A DNA stretch of 64,000 nucleotides. It comes from Acidimicrobiaceae bacterium. GTDB taxonomy: Bacteria; Actinomycetota; Acidimicrobiia; Acidimicrobiales; Aldehydirespiratoraceae. The stretch lies in contig VYFQ01000016.1 in NCBI GenBank assembly GCA_009842325.1, positions 16,505 to 80,504 of the forward strand. Direction: 5' to 3'. Below the pieces are notes generated by a model. The model did no database searches and was not told the origin of the DNA. It saw only the letters and a list, made by a program, of their open reading frames with translations. Positions within the stretch are counted from its first letter, which is position 1. Every line of letters begins with the position of its first letter. Shown piece after piece: positions 37,006 to 46,216 of this stretch. The translations under genes were made by a program, and so were the position numbers.

Positions 37006-38946
37006 TCAGCTCCCTCCCAGCAGGCTGTAGCGGACCGCACCGTCCGCGTGCCGGGGCCCCGGGACACCGAGCAGCCGGGCCAGGGTCGGAGCCACATCTC
37101 GCAGATGGATCGGTGCCGGGGGCCTGCCATGCGCTCCGAGTCCGGCGCCAAACCACAGCGACATCGCGCTGTTGTGGAACATTCCCCGCCGGGCGGCGGG
37201 CAGGTGCGGAGTGTGATGGCCGGCAACCACATGCGTCGCAGTGATCGGTCGGCGCGACATCCGCTTCGGCGAAAGCTCCCCTATCGAATTCGCGTCTCGG
37301 GACCCGTCCCATGTCGTGTAGGTGGGTTTGAGGAAGTACACGATGTCTCCCACACGATCCTCCGCGACGCCGCTCAGGTTCAACGACTCGCGGCGAGCCA
37401 CCAGTTCGAAGGGCTTCTCGCCGGTGTCGGGGTCCACCACCGAGTTCAGCGTGTCGATCACGCGCTGGCGCACCGCCTCGAAATCCGCAGGACGCACCGC
37501 ACCGTGGGGTTCCCGGCCCGCCAGATTGACCCACACGTGCTGCGGTTGGAGCGCGGGGCCGACCAGCGACCGCGCCGGATCCAACACGTAGCTCTCGGTC
37601 TCACTGTCCCAGTCGTAGGCGACAAGCCCCTCGGCGCGCAGTATGTCGAGGACCGATATGTAGCGCCAGCAGGGCAGGCAGGCGTGGTCCGACACCACGA
37701 CCACGCTGGTGTCCGGATCCCCGCAGCCGCTCACGAGTCCTGCGATCAACTCGTCGACCAGCCGGTAGGCGTCCTGGTAGATCCCCTCCGTTAACCGCCG
37801 GTAACTCTCAGACGTGTAGGGATAGCCGGAGTCGAGGTAGCCGAGCATCGTGTGGTTCAGATAGTCGATGAGATGGAAATGCGACATCAACAGGTCGAAG
37901 GGCTGTTCGGCGTCCTGCTCGCAGATCACATCGGTAATCCAACGCACCTGTTGGTGGGCGAGCTCCAGCATCACCTCGCCACAGATATTGGCCGGTCCGA
38001 ACGGTCGCTCCTCGCCGGCCGGCACGTAAGGGCATTCGAGTCCCTCGACATACGGCCCGTGCCTGGAACTGATGCCGGCGGCCAGGTCGGCCGGGTGCGA
38101 ATAGCCCTCGACCGGCTCCACCCGCGTGCGGTACAACTCCAGACCGCCGCAGGTGTCAGCCGTGATGAGGCGGAACCGCGTGGACGACTCCCGGCCGTCA
38201 AGGTCCATCGGTATCCATTGCGACCACTGGCCCGGCGCCAGATCAGCCACCTGGTCCTGGCCGGCCTCGTCCCGGCTGATCGCCAGGCGTCCCTCGCCGT
38301 TGACGAAACGGCGCTGGGCCCAGAGCCCAGCAGGCTCGTGCCCGCTTACGGGCAGGAAGGCCGACTCAGAGTCGGATCCGGTGAGCGAGGGCCACGCCTT
38401 GGCGGGTTCGAACGACAGCGGCGTGGGATCGATGGTCACCCCATACAGCTTCAGCAGCGAATCCTGCACCGGCCCCTGCGCGTACAGCTCTTCCCGGGTC
38501 TTGTGCCAGATCAGGCCACCGGGGGTGTCGCCGCCGATGACCCGCACGCCCTCGCCCTTCGGCGGCCATCCGACCGGATAATTGAGAACCAGGCTCGAGC
38601 CCCCGTGCTGCCCGACCGTCTCCCACAGCAGCTCCGCCCTTGATGTCGTGGACTGCATACTGCGGGCCCTCTCGGTGTCCTGCACCGTCAGCTCCTCGCC
38701 GGCCCATTTGGCAATGAAGCTGTTGATGCCGTGATTGACCGGCTCCGCTCCGGTGGCGATGGTCGTCCAGTTGGTGGGCGTGTCCACCGGGACCGAGGGG
38801 AGGGCCTCCACGGCCGTGCCGTTGTCCAGCAGGCCGGCCAGAGCCGGCATCGAGCCGGCCTCCAGGTATCGCTCGACCATCGAGAGCATGGCGCCGTCGA
38901 CGCCTATGAGCATGACTCGCCTCGACTTGGCGTCGTCGACCCTCAT
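37006..38946 (-). CDS. alkaline phosphatase / nucleotide pyrophosphatase-phosphodiesterase family protein
   Basis: ATG at 38946 with GGAGAGG upstream. The N-terminus (VMLIGVDGAMLSM ... VDTPTNWTTIATGAEPVNHGI) is typical of the type I phosphodiesterase family. 646 aa. Confidence 0.75.
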   Translation of the reverse strand: MRVDDAKSRRVMLIGVDGAMLSMVERYLEAGSMPALAGLLDNGTAVEALPSVPVDTPTNWTTIATGAEPVNHGINSFIAKWAGEELTVQDTERARSMQSTTSRAELLWETVGQHGGSSLVLNYPVGWPPKGEGVRVIGGDTPGGLIWHKTREELYAQGPVQDSLLKLYGVTIDPTPLSFEPAKAWPSLTGSDSESAFLPVSGHEPAGLWAQRRFVNGEGRLAISRDEAGQDQVADLAPGQWSQWIPMDLDGRESSTRFRLITADTCGGLELYRTRVEPVEGYSHPADLAAGISSRHGPYVEGLECPYVPAGEERPFGPANICGEVMLELAHQQVRWITDVICEQDAEQPFDLLMSHFHLIDYLNHTMLGYLDSGYPYTSESYRRLTEGIYQDAYRLVDELIAGLVSGCGDPDTSVVVVSDHACLPCWRYISVLDILRAEGLVAYDWDSETESYVLDPARSLVGPALQPQHVWVNLAGREPHGAVRPADFEAVRQRVIDTLNSVVDPDTGEKPFELVARRESLNLSGVAEDRVGDIVYFLKPTYTTWDGSRDANSIGELSPKRMSRRPITATHVVAGHHTPHLPAARRGMFHNSAMSLWFGAGLGAHGRPPAPIHLRDVAPTLARLLGVPGPRHADGAVRYSLLGGS

Positions 38947-38959
38947 GCCAGACCTCTCC

Positions 38960-39982
38960 TCACCGGTCGGGCGGGCGGCACGGACCCGACCCGGCCCCGG
39001 AGTCCCCCAAGGCTGCCTCGATGTCGGAGAGGTCCTCGGCAATCAGCTCGAGGTGGGCCGCGTCGGCCCATCCGGCAACCTGCTCGGGGCTCCGTGCCCC
39101 GACGATCGCGGCCGTGACGCCCGGCCACGCCAGCGTCCAAGCGACAGCTACCGCCGACACGGTGGTTCCGCGGCGGGCCGCGATTGCCCGGAGCGACTCC
39201 CGCAGCGCCAGGCTCCGTCCGAGCAGCGGCTGTTGAAACTGCGGATCCCGGCTTCTCCAGTCGTCGTCGGGCAGAGTCTCGACGCGCTCGGGTGTGAACG
39301 AGTCGGTGAGCAGCCCGGACGCCATCGGGCTGTAGACGAGCACGCCCACACCGTGCTGCTCCGCCCACGTCACGATGGTGCCGCCCGTATCTCTGTTGAT
39401 CAGCGACATTGGCGACTGGACGGAGGCCAGCCGCCCACCGTTGCGGCAGCCCTCCAGCAGGTCGCCGCCGAAATTCGACACTCCCGCAGCCCGGACCTTG
39501 CCCGCGTCCACGAGACCCAGCAGCGCTGCCCAGGAGTCCTCCACCGGCGTCCCTACCTCGTCGGGCTGATGGAACTGCAGCAGGTCGATGCAGTCCACGC
39601 CCAGGCGGCGCAGCGAGTTCTCGCACTCAATCCGGATCGAGTCCGGATGCAGGGTGCGGGTGGACTTGGTGGGGTCGTCGGGATCCCACACGATCCCGCA
39701 CTTGGTGAAGACCATCGGCCGCTCGCCGGAGCCAGCCCCGCGCAGGAACCGTCCAATGACCTCCTCGGAATGACCACGCCCGTACACGGGGGCGGTGTCG
39801 ATCCAGTTCACGCCCGCCTCCACGGCAGCGTGCATGGCCCGCACCGAGTCGCCGTCGTCCTGGGATCCCCAGCCGAAGCGGTAGCCACCACCGCCGATGG
39901 CCCACGCACCGAGCCCGACCCGCGACAGCTCCAGGGGGCTCTCACCGAGCCGGACGCGCCCAGCCGACCGATCTTCGCTCAT
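38960..39982 (-). CDS. aldo/keto reductase
   Basis: Motifs: LGAWAIGG, NWIDTAPVYGRGHSEEVIG, LHPDSIRIECENSLRRLGVDCIDLLQFH. Confidence 0.9.
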   Translation of the reverse strand: MSEDRSAGRVRLGESPLELSRVGLGAWAIGGGGYRFGWGSQDDGDSVRAMHAAVEAGVNWIDTAPVYGRGHSEEVIGRFLRGAGSGERPMVFTKCGIVWDPDDPTKSTRTLHPDSIRIECENSLRRLGVDCIDLLQFHQPDEVGTPVEDSWAALLGLVDAGKVRAAGVSNFGGDLLEGCRNGGRLASVQSPMSLINRDTGGTIVTWAEQHGVGVLVYSPMASGLLTDSFTPERVETLPDDDWRSRDPQFQQPLLGRSLALRESLRAIAARRGTTVSAVAVAWTLAWPGVTAAIVGARSPEQVAGWADAAHLELIAEDLSDIEAALGDSGAGSGPCRPPDR

Positions 39983-40019
39983 CTACTCCTGCCCTTCGGT
40001 TGCGTGGCGAGACCGGCGG

Positions 40020-41060
40020 TCACGGGGACAACTCCCGTACGAGTTCCACCAGCCATCTCCGGTATTCGATCGACATCTTGTCCGCGGCCTTGGTGTGCAG
40101 CTCGACGGTCAGGTCCGCTGGCAGTTGCTCTGGGCGCTGCGACTCGACGATGGCCCGATCACGCTCGGCGATTTCTATCTGGAACTGGCAGAACGGCTCG
40201 TCGGGCTCGTCGTGCGCAAAGTTCCGGAAGTTCAGCATGAACGTCCTGGTGACGGCGGCAGAGACCGGCGAGGCAGCCACCAGCAGCCCGAAGAACCGTC
40301 CGTCGGGGAGGCTCTGCTGCCACCAAACGGTAAGGGGCATGAATACCCGCCAATTGTGGTTGGACGTGAGCGAGGGATCGGCTGCATCAAGTTCGGAGGT
40401 ACGGGTCTTGATGCTCGGAATCTCGGCGAAGGACCCCCACATGTGAATGTTGTCGCCGTCGCGCTCCAGGGCATGGCCCGGAATGTCGGCCCGGTCGCGG
40501 CTGCCGAGCTGACCATCATGCACCCAGGGGATGTGCGCGAGGTCGACGAAATTCTCTACGCGCCGGGCAGCCCCCGCGTTCCAGTCGACGGCCGGGATCG
40601 TCACGACGCGGTACTCGGGGTCGGTGTACTCGGTAAACCTGGGCAGGTCGAGGTGAGGGCTGTCCTCCAAGCACACCCACACGAGGCCCCCGGCCTCAGC
40701 GCAGTGGTAGCCCGTCAGGCGTGCTCGGGAGGGAATGCGATGGTCGTCACTGCCAGGGATCTGTGTACAGACGCCGGAGCAGTCATAGAGCCAGCCGTGG
40801 TACGCGCAGCGCAGCGCATCGTCTTCGACCCAACCGAGCGACAGGCGGGCACCGCGGTGCGGGCACAGGTCGGCAAAGGCGCGGACCTCGCCGTCCAGGC
40901 GGGCGAGCACCAAGTCGTTGCCGCACAGTCGAACCCCGACGGGCGCGCGGTCCACATCGTTCGAGTAGGCGACCGGCAGCCAATAGTGCCGATACGTGTG
41001 GTACAGCGCGAACTCGCCGTCCGCGTCGAGCAGCGTGTCGCTCACGGGTCTCCGATCCAC
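40020..41060 (-). CDS. Rieske [2Fe-2S] aromatic-ring-hydroxylating oxygenase, VanA-like single-component alpha subunit
   Basis: Rieske motif CPHRGARLSLG...CAYHGW. The ~346-aa length is typical of the VanA/phthalate family. No reductase gene is nearby. Confidence 0.8.
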   Translation of the reverse strand: MDRRPVSDTLLDADGEFALYHTYRHYWLPVAYSNDVDRAPVGVRLCGNDLVLARLDGEVRAFADLCPHRGARLSLGWVEDDALRCAYHGWLYDCSGVCTQIPGSDDHRIPSRARLTGYHCAEAGGLVWVCLEDSPHLDLPRFTEYTDPEYRVVTIPAVDWNAGAARRVENFVDLAHIPWVHDGQLGSRDRADIPGHALERDGDNIHMWGSFAEIPSIKTRTSELDAADPSLTSNHNWRVFMPLTVWWQQSLPDGRFFGLLVAASPVSAAVTRTFMLNFRNFAHDEPDEPFCQFQIEIAERDRAIVESQRPEQLPADLTVELHTKAADKMSIEYRRWLVELVRELSP

Positions 41061-41100
41061 TCCGCCGCGGCCTCCTGCCGCCTAGAAACTCAGGCTACGG

Positions 41101-42210
41101 CTAGTACAGCGACGTGGCCCCGGCGTAGACCTCTTCGAGAACGCTCTGATCCCAGAGGTCGCCGATGGCGGGCAGGTTCTCCTTGCCGGAGACCCGGAGA
41201 CCCTCGTACTCGCCCTCGATAGTTGCCTCGTCCAGCCAGAACAGCCCCTTCGCCGCGGTTACGTCGCTCTGCATGAACGCGCTCTGCGCGACGAGTTGAG
41301 CCGCCTCGTTGGCAGGATCGAGGCCCAGATCGACGCCGTGAGTGTTGACGGTTAGGTCGACAGCCAACTCATTATCGGCGAAGGCATGTTCCCAGCCCTT
41401 GATGCCGGCCCTCATGTAACCGACCACCGCGTCGCGGTTCTCGGCGAGGTAGGTACGCGTCGTTATCCACAGCCGGCCATAGCGTGTCCAGCCCAGATCG
41501 CCGAGGCTCACGACCCCATGATCGATGCCTCGGGACTGCAGCGCCAGAGGCTGGTTGGTCAAGAACGCGTAGTACGCGTCCACCTCTCCCTCGACCACGG
41601 GGCTGGGATCGAAGCCCACCGGCACGTTCTCGTAGTCGGGCTCGATGCCGTTCACTCCGAAGAGAGTGTTCACGTCGGCGATGCCCGACTCGCCCTGAAG
41701 CCCGATCCGCTTGCCGACGAGATCCTCGATCGTGTTGATCGGGTTGTCAGGCAGGTAGATGAACCCAATGGGCGACTGCTGCAGCGCCGCGCCCAGCACC
41801 ACGAGATCGGCACCGGCCGCGGTGGCATCGATGGTGCGGGACAGGAACGAGCTAGCGCCCATCTCGATGCCGGGCCCGTTGACGGTGACCTCGGTGGCGA
41901 TTCCGCCGCCGCCCTGGGCGAAGTGCGCCTTGACGCCCTCAGCCGCGAAGTAGCCCTGGTCCTCGGCCACGTAGTGCCCGGCGAACTGGACGTTCTTGAT
42001 CCAGTCGAACTGGAAGCGCACATTCGCGGCTGCAGGCGGCGCCTCTGTAGTGGTGGGACTCGCCGTAGTCGTGGGAGCCGCCGTGGTAGTCGCCGGGCTG
42101 GGCGAGTCCTCGCCGCAGGCTGCGATCAGCACCGGGGAACTGACTACCCCGCCCATGACCGCCGACCTCCACAAGAAGTCCCGTCTCGAAATCTGATTTG
42201 GCTTCCTCAT
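41101..42210 (-). CDS. ABC transporter substrate-binding protein, NMT1/THI5-like (NitT/TauT family), Tat/lipoprotein signal
   Basis: ATG at 42210 with GGGAGGA upstream. Signal sequence SRRDFLWRSAVMGGVVSSPVLIAAC. NMT1-like core (FQFDWIKNVQFAGHYVA). Confidence 0.8.
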   Translation of the reverse strand: MRKPNQISRRDFLWRSAVMGGVVSSPVLIAACGEDSPSPATTTAAPTTTASPTTTEAPPAAANVRFQFDWIKNVQFAGHYVAEDQGYFAAEGVKAHFAQGGGGIATEVTVNGPGIEMGASSFLSRTIDATAAGADLVVLGAALQQSPIGFIYLPDNPINTIEDLVGKRIGLQGESGIADVNTLFGVNGIEPDYENVPVGFDPSPVVEGEVDAYYAFLTNQPLALQSRGIDHGVVSLGDLGWTRYGRLWITTRTYLAENRDAVVGYMRAGIKGWEHAFADNELAVDLTVNTHGVDLGLDPANEAAQLVAQSAFMQSDVTAAKGLFWLDEATIEGEYEGLRVSGKENLPAIGDLWDQSVLEEVYAGATSLY

Positions 42211-42344
42211 CACAGTCCTCCCTCTGTGTGCTGATGGACCCCAGCGGTGGCCGACCCACCCGAGCCCTGCCACCGAGCCGGTGACGGAACCGAACGTAAG
42301 TCCGGTCCGTCTCCGCTGTCCAAGACCAGTTTGCGAGCGCGTGA

Positions 42345-42350
42345 TAACAT
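42345..42350 (+). promoter_or_regulatory. possible -10 hexamer (TAACAT) for a leaderless lysR transcript
   Basis: TAACAT is followed by 6 nt and then the ATG at 42357. No SD is present. It is embedded in ATAAC-N5-CTTAT, which contains a T-N11-A LysR-box-like dyad. Confidence 0.3.
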
Positions 42351-42356
42351 TGCCTT

Positions 42357-43220
42357 ATGGATCTTTCTCTGCGGGCCGTCCGCTATTTCGTCACCGTCGC
42401 GGAAGTCCGCCACTACGGCAGGGCCGCAGAGCAGTTGTTCATCTCGCAACCCGCTCTAAGCCAGCAGATCAAGCGCTTCGAGAGACAGGTCGGCTGCCAG
42501 CTCCTGGAACGGTCACGCACAGGAGTCACCCTCACCGCGTCTGGCCGCGTGTTCCTCGAGGAGGCTCGCGTTCTACTCGAGCGCGCCGACGCCGCCGTTG
42601 CCCGGACCCGCCGGGCCGCGGAGCCGACCACGCTGAACATCGCCTGCGTGGCGGGCACACCCCACGGGATCAAGTCCCGACTGGTCGAGTCAGCCCTGTC
42701 GGCCGAGCCCTGCCTGGAGATCAACCTGATGCGCATCGACTGGTCCGAGCCGTTCACCCACCTCCGCAACGCCTCCGTCGACGCGGCCATCATCCACCTG
42801 CCGCACGCGGAGCTCGGGGTGACATCGCGCCTTCTGCATTCCGAGCCTCGGGTTGCGGTGCTGCCTATCGGCCATCGACTCTCCAGCCGCCCTCAGATCG
42901 GCATCGACGACATCGCGGGAGATCCCGTCCTCGACTCGAACTTCAACCGGGACTTTTGGCTCATCAACCCCCGGCCCGACGGCTCCGCGCCGGTGACGGT
43001 CCAGCCCGCGCCGGACTCCGCCGAGCAACTCATGGACCTAGTCGCTCTCGGCCGCGGCATCGCCATCACGGCAAAGACTGTGAGCGAGCAGTATCAGCGG
43101 CCCGGCGTCGTCTCAATCCCCATCGTCGACATCGACGACGTCGAGCTGGCCCTCATCTGGTCCAGCGACCACGGCCACCCGGCCGTGGCCGAACTGGCCG
43201 AAGCCGTCGCCACCGAGTAA
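42357..43220 (+). CDS. LysR family transcriptional regulator
   Basis: N-terminal HTH: MDLSLRAVRYFVTVAEVRHYGRAAEQLFISQPALSQQIKRFE. Divergent from the ABC/Rieske operon. Confidence 0.9.
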   Translation: MDLSLRAVRYFVTVAEVRHYGRAAEQLFISQPALSQQIKRFERQVGCQLLERSRTGVTLTASGRVFLEEARVLLERADAAVARTRRAAEPTTLNIACVAGTPHGIKSRLVESALSAEPCLEINLMRIDWSEPFTHLRNASVDAAIIHLPHAELGVTSRLLHSEPRVAVLPIGHRLSSRPQIGIDDIAGDPVLDSNFNRDFWLINPRPDGSAPVTVQPAPDSAEQLMDLVALGRGIAITAKTVSEQYQRPGVVSIPIVDIDDVELALIWSSDHGHPAVAELAEAVATE

Positions 43221-43276
43221 TCCGGTCGGGCGCGCCCCGCGGGACGCGGCAATACTTCTGCACGCAGGAGGTGGAC

Positions 43277-44344
43277 ATGACCGAGGCGGTAGCGGCCGTA
43301 GAGATCGAGGGCGTCACCAAGCGCTTCGGCGAGGTCGTAGCGGTCGACAACGTCGACCTGGCCATCGGTGACGGGGAGTTCTTCGCCCTGCTCGGCCCGT
43401 CGGGATGCGGCAAGACCACCACGCTGCGCATGATCGCCGGACTAGATCTGCCCACCGAGGGGAGCCTGCGCATCTTCGGCGAGGAGGTCGGCATGGCGCC
43501 GCCGGACCGCAGGCCGGTCAACACCGTGTTCCAGGCCTACGCCCTCTTCCCCCACATGACGGTCCGCCAGAACATCGAGTTCGGCCTACGGATGCGACGG
43601 GTCAAGAATCCCGAGCTCAGCCAGCGGGTGGCCGAAGCCACCGGGATGGTGCGGCTGGCCGGGATGGAGGAACGCAGGCCCGACCAGCTCTCCGGCGGCC
43701 AGCAGCAGCGGGTGGCGCTGGCCCGGGCCCTGGTCAACCAGCCCAAGGTCCTGCTGCTCGATGAGCCGCTGGGAGCGCTGGACCTCAAGCTCCGCCAGGA
43801 GATGCAGCAGGAGCTGAAGGCCCTCCAGCGCGAGGTGGGCATCACCTTCGTGTTCGTCACCCACGACCAGGAGGAAGCCCTCGCCATGAGCGAGCGGATC
43901 GGGGTCATGTCCGAGGGCCGCCTGCTCCAGGTCGGCACTCCCCGGGAAATTTACGACCGTCCGGCCAGCCGCTTCGTGGCCGACTTCATCGGCCGGACAA
44001 ACATTCTCGAAGCCTCGGTGGAGTCGGCCAGCACCGTGCGCCTGGACAACGGCGCCCTCATCGAAGCCGAGACGTCGACGCCCGCGGGCTCGCGGGTGGC
44101 GGTCAGCCTGCGCCCCGAGAGGGTCCGCCTACAGCCGCATGGCACGACAGCGGCCGAGGGCTCGAGCCTCGACGGCGAAGTGCGCGACATCACCTATCTC
44201 GGCCACGCCGTGGTGTACGAGGTGGCCGCGGGCCCGGTCTCCATCGAAGTCCGGGTGGAGGGCGAGGTCGGGGAGCCGTTCGCCGCCGGCGACGAGGTGA
44301 CCGTCGCCTGGGACCGCGGCGCGGCCGCAGTGGTCGCGGACTGA
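43277..44344 (+). CDS. potA: spermidine/putrescine-type ABC transporter ATP-binding protein
   Basis: ATG at 43277 (AGGAGG upstream). Walker A GPSGCGKTT, signature LSGGQQQRVALARA, Walker B LLLDEPLGALD, C-terminal TOBE-like domain. Confidence 0.85.
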   Translation: MTEAVAAVEIEGVTKRFGEVVAVDNVDLAIGDGEFFALLGPSGCGKTTTLRMIAGLDLPTEGSLRIFGEEVGMAPPDRRPVNTVFQAYALFPHMTVRQNIEFGLRMRRVKNPELSQRVAEATGMVRLAGMEERRPDQLSGGQQQRVALARALVNQPKVLLLDEPLGALDLKLRQEMQQELKALQREVGITFVFVTHDQEEALAMSERIGVMSEGRLLQVGTPREIYDRPASRFVADFIGRTNILEASVESASTVRLDNGALIEAETSTPAGSRVAVSLRPERVRLQPHGTTAAEGSSLDGEVRDITYLGHAVVYEVAAGPVSIEVRVEGEVGEPFAAGDEVTVAWDRGAAAVVAD

Positions 44345-44349
44345 CGCCG

Positions 44350-45315
44350 ATGGGCCCCGCCCGCCGATCCTCACCGACCACCGGAGCCGCCGGGGAGGAG
44401 GCGGCAGCCCTCGCACGTCGTCGCCAGGGGATGCTGCTGGCCTCGCCAGGAGCCCTCTACCTGCTGATCTTCTTCGTCGTCCCGCTCGGCCTGATCACGG
44501 TCTATTCCTTCGCCACCCGCACCTCCACCGGCCGGACATCGCTGAGCGGCTGGAACGTCGAGTCCTACCGGGCCATCGGCGACGACATCATCGTGGGGAT
44601 CATCGGCCGGTCGGCGTGGCTGGCCACGCTCACCACTGTCCTGTGCGTGGTAGTGGGGTATCCCTTCGCGTACTACATAGCTACCCGGCCGCGCCATGTG
44701 CGGGCCGTGCTGCTGGTGATGGTGATGATCCCGTTCTGGACCAACGCGCTGGTGAGGGTGTTCGCCATCCGCTTCCTGCTGGGGTCGAACGGGCCCGCCT
44801 CCGCGCTCAGCGAGAGCCTGGGCTTCGGGACCTTCCGGATCCTGTTCACCCCCACCGCAGTGACGATCGGGATGGTCTACAGCTTCCTCACGTTCATGGT
44901 ACTGCCCCTCTACGTGGCGCTGGAGCGCATGGACTGGAGCCTCACCGAGGCGGCCCGCGACCTCTACGCAAGCGGCGCCAAGGCGTTCTGGAAGGTCACG
45001 CTGCCCCTCACCAGGTCGGGGATCGTGGCCGGCTGCGTGCTGGTGTTCGTCCCCAGCTTCGGCTCCTACGTGGTGCCCGACATCCTGGGCGGGGCCAAGA
45101 CCCTGCTGATCGGCTCGTACATCGCCCGCCAGTTCCGCGACGCCCGAAACTGGCCCCTCGGAGCGTCCCTCAGCGTGCTGCTGATCGTGGCCATGCTGGT
45201 GGCCGTCGCGCTGAACCAGCGATCCGGCAGCGGCGCGGAGGACAGAGATCGGCCTCGCCCTCGAAAGTGGGGGCGCGCCCCGGATGAGGCTGAGGCCGCG
45301 GCGGTGGCGTCGTGA
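44350..45315 (+). CDS. potB: polyamine-type ABC transporter permease
   Basis: Polytopic protein with an EAA loop (EAARDLYASGAKAFWKVTLPL). Confidence 0.8.
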   Translation: MGPARRSSPTTGAAGEEAAALARRRQGMLLASPGALYLLIFFVVPLGLITVYSFATRTSTGRTSLSGWNVESYRAIGDDIIVGIIGRSAWLATLTTVLCVVVGYPFAYYIATRPRHVRAVLLVMVMIPFWTNALVRVFAIRFLLGSNGPASALSESLGFGTFRILFTPTAVTIGMVYSFLTFMVLPLYVALERMDWSLTEAARDLYASGAKAFWKVTLPLTRSGIVAGCVLVFVPSFGSYVVPDILGGAKTLLIGSYIARQFRDARNWPLGASLSVLLIVAMLVAVALNQRSGSGAEDRDRPRPRKWGRAPDEAEAAAVAS

Positions 45316-46166
45316 GCGGCGTCGTCGAAGTCGGTCTCGGGCGGCGCACCCGGCGAGGGCTGGCCGTCTGGGCCTGGGCGGTGTTCGCCTTCCTGTACGT
45401 ACCCATCGTCGTGCTGGTGGTCTTCTCGTTCAACGCCTCCTCCCGGGTGAACATCTGGGGCGGCTTCTCCTTCCAGTGGTACGGCGAGGCTCTCCGCAAC
45501 GACGTGATCACCTCGGCCATACGGGTGTCCCTCATCGTGGCGCTGGTCTCCACGGTCGTGTCGATGGTGCTGGGCACCGCGGCGGCCCTCGCCCTCGACC
45601 GTTACCGGTTCCGGGGCCGTCGTGCCCTCGACGGCACCGTGTACCTGCCCATCGTGATCCCCGACATCACCATGGCGGTGATGCTGCTGGTGTTCTTCGC
45701 GGAGGCGTTCAAGTTCATCGACTCCTTCGGACCGAGGTTCACACTCGGCATCTCGACGGTGGCCCTGTCACACATCGCGTTCAACATCTCGTTCGTGTGC
45801 GTGGTGGTGCGGGCCAGGCTCGACCAGTTCGACCGCACGCTGGAGGAGGCTGCCCGCGACCTGTACGCGACGGGATGGCAGACGTTCAGGAGGGTCACGC
45901 TGCCGCTGATCATGCCCGGTGTCGCCGCCGGAGGACTGCTGGCGCTGACCCTGTCACTCGACGATGTCGTGATCTCCGCATTCGTGTCCGGTCCGGGTTC
46001 GACCACGTTGCCGGTGTATGTGTTCAGCAGCATCCGCCGGGGCGTTACGCCCGAGTTGAACGCCATCTCCACGCTTATGCTCACTGCGTCGATCGCGCTG
46101 GTGCTGGGCTCGCTCGCTCTGCAGCGACGCCGTGCCAGTGCATCGCAACAGACCCAAATTCTCTAG
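45312..46166 (+). CDS. potC: polyamine-type ABC transporter permease
   Basis: 4-nt overlap with potB. EAA loop (EAARDLYATGWQTFRRVTLPL). Confidence 0.8.
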   Translation: MSGVVEVGLGRRTRRGLAVWAWAVFAFLYVPIVVLVVFSFNASSRVNIWGGFSFQWYGEALRNDVITSAIRVSLIVALVSTVVSMVLGTAAALALDRYRFRGRRALDGTVYLPIVIPDITMAVMLLVFFAEAFKFIDSFGPRFTLGISTVALSHIAFNISFVCVVVRARLDQFDRTLEEAARDLYATGWQTFRRVTLPLIMPGVAAGGLLALTLSLDDVVISAFVSGPGSTTLPVYVFSSIRRGVTPELNAISTLMLTASIALVLGSLALQRRRASASQQTQIL

Positions 46167-46216
46167 TACCTATCGGATGCTAGGCTCTATAACGGAGTTC
46201 TCGAGGGGAGGAACCC

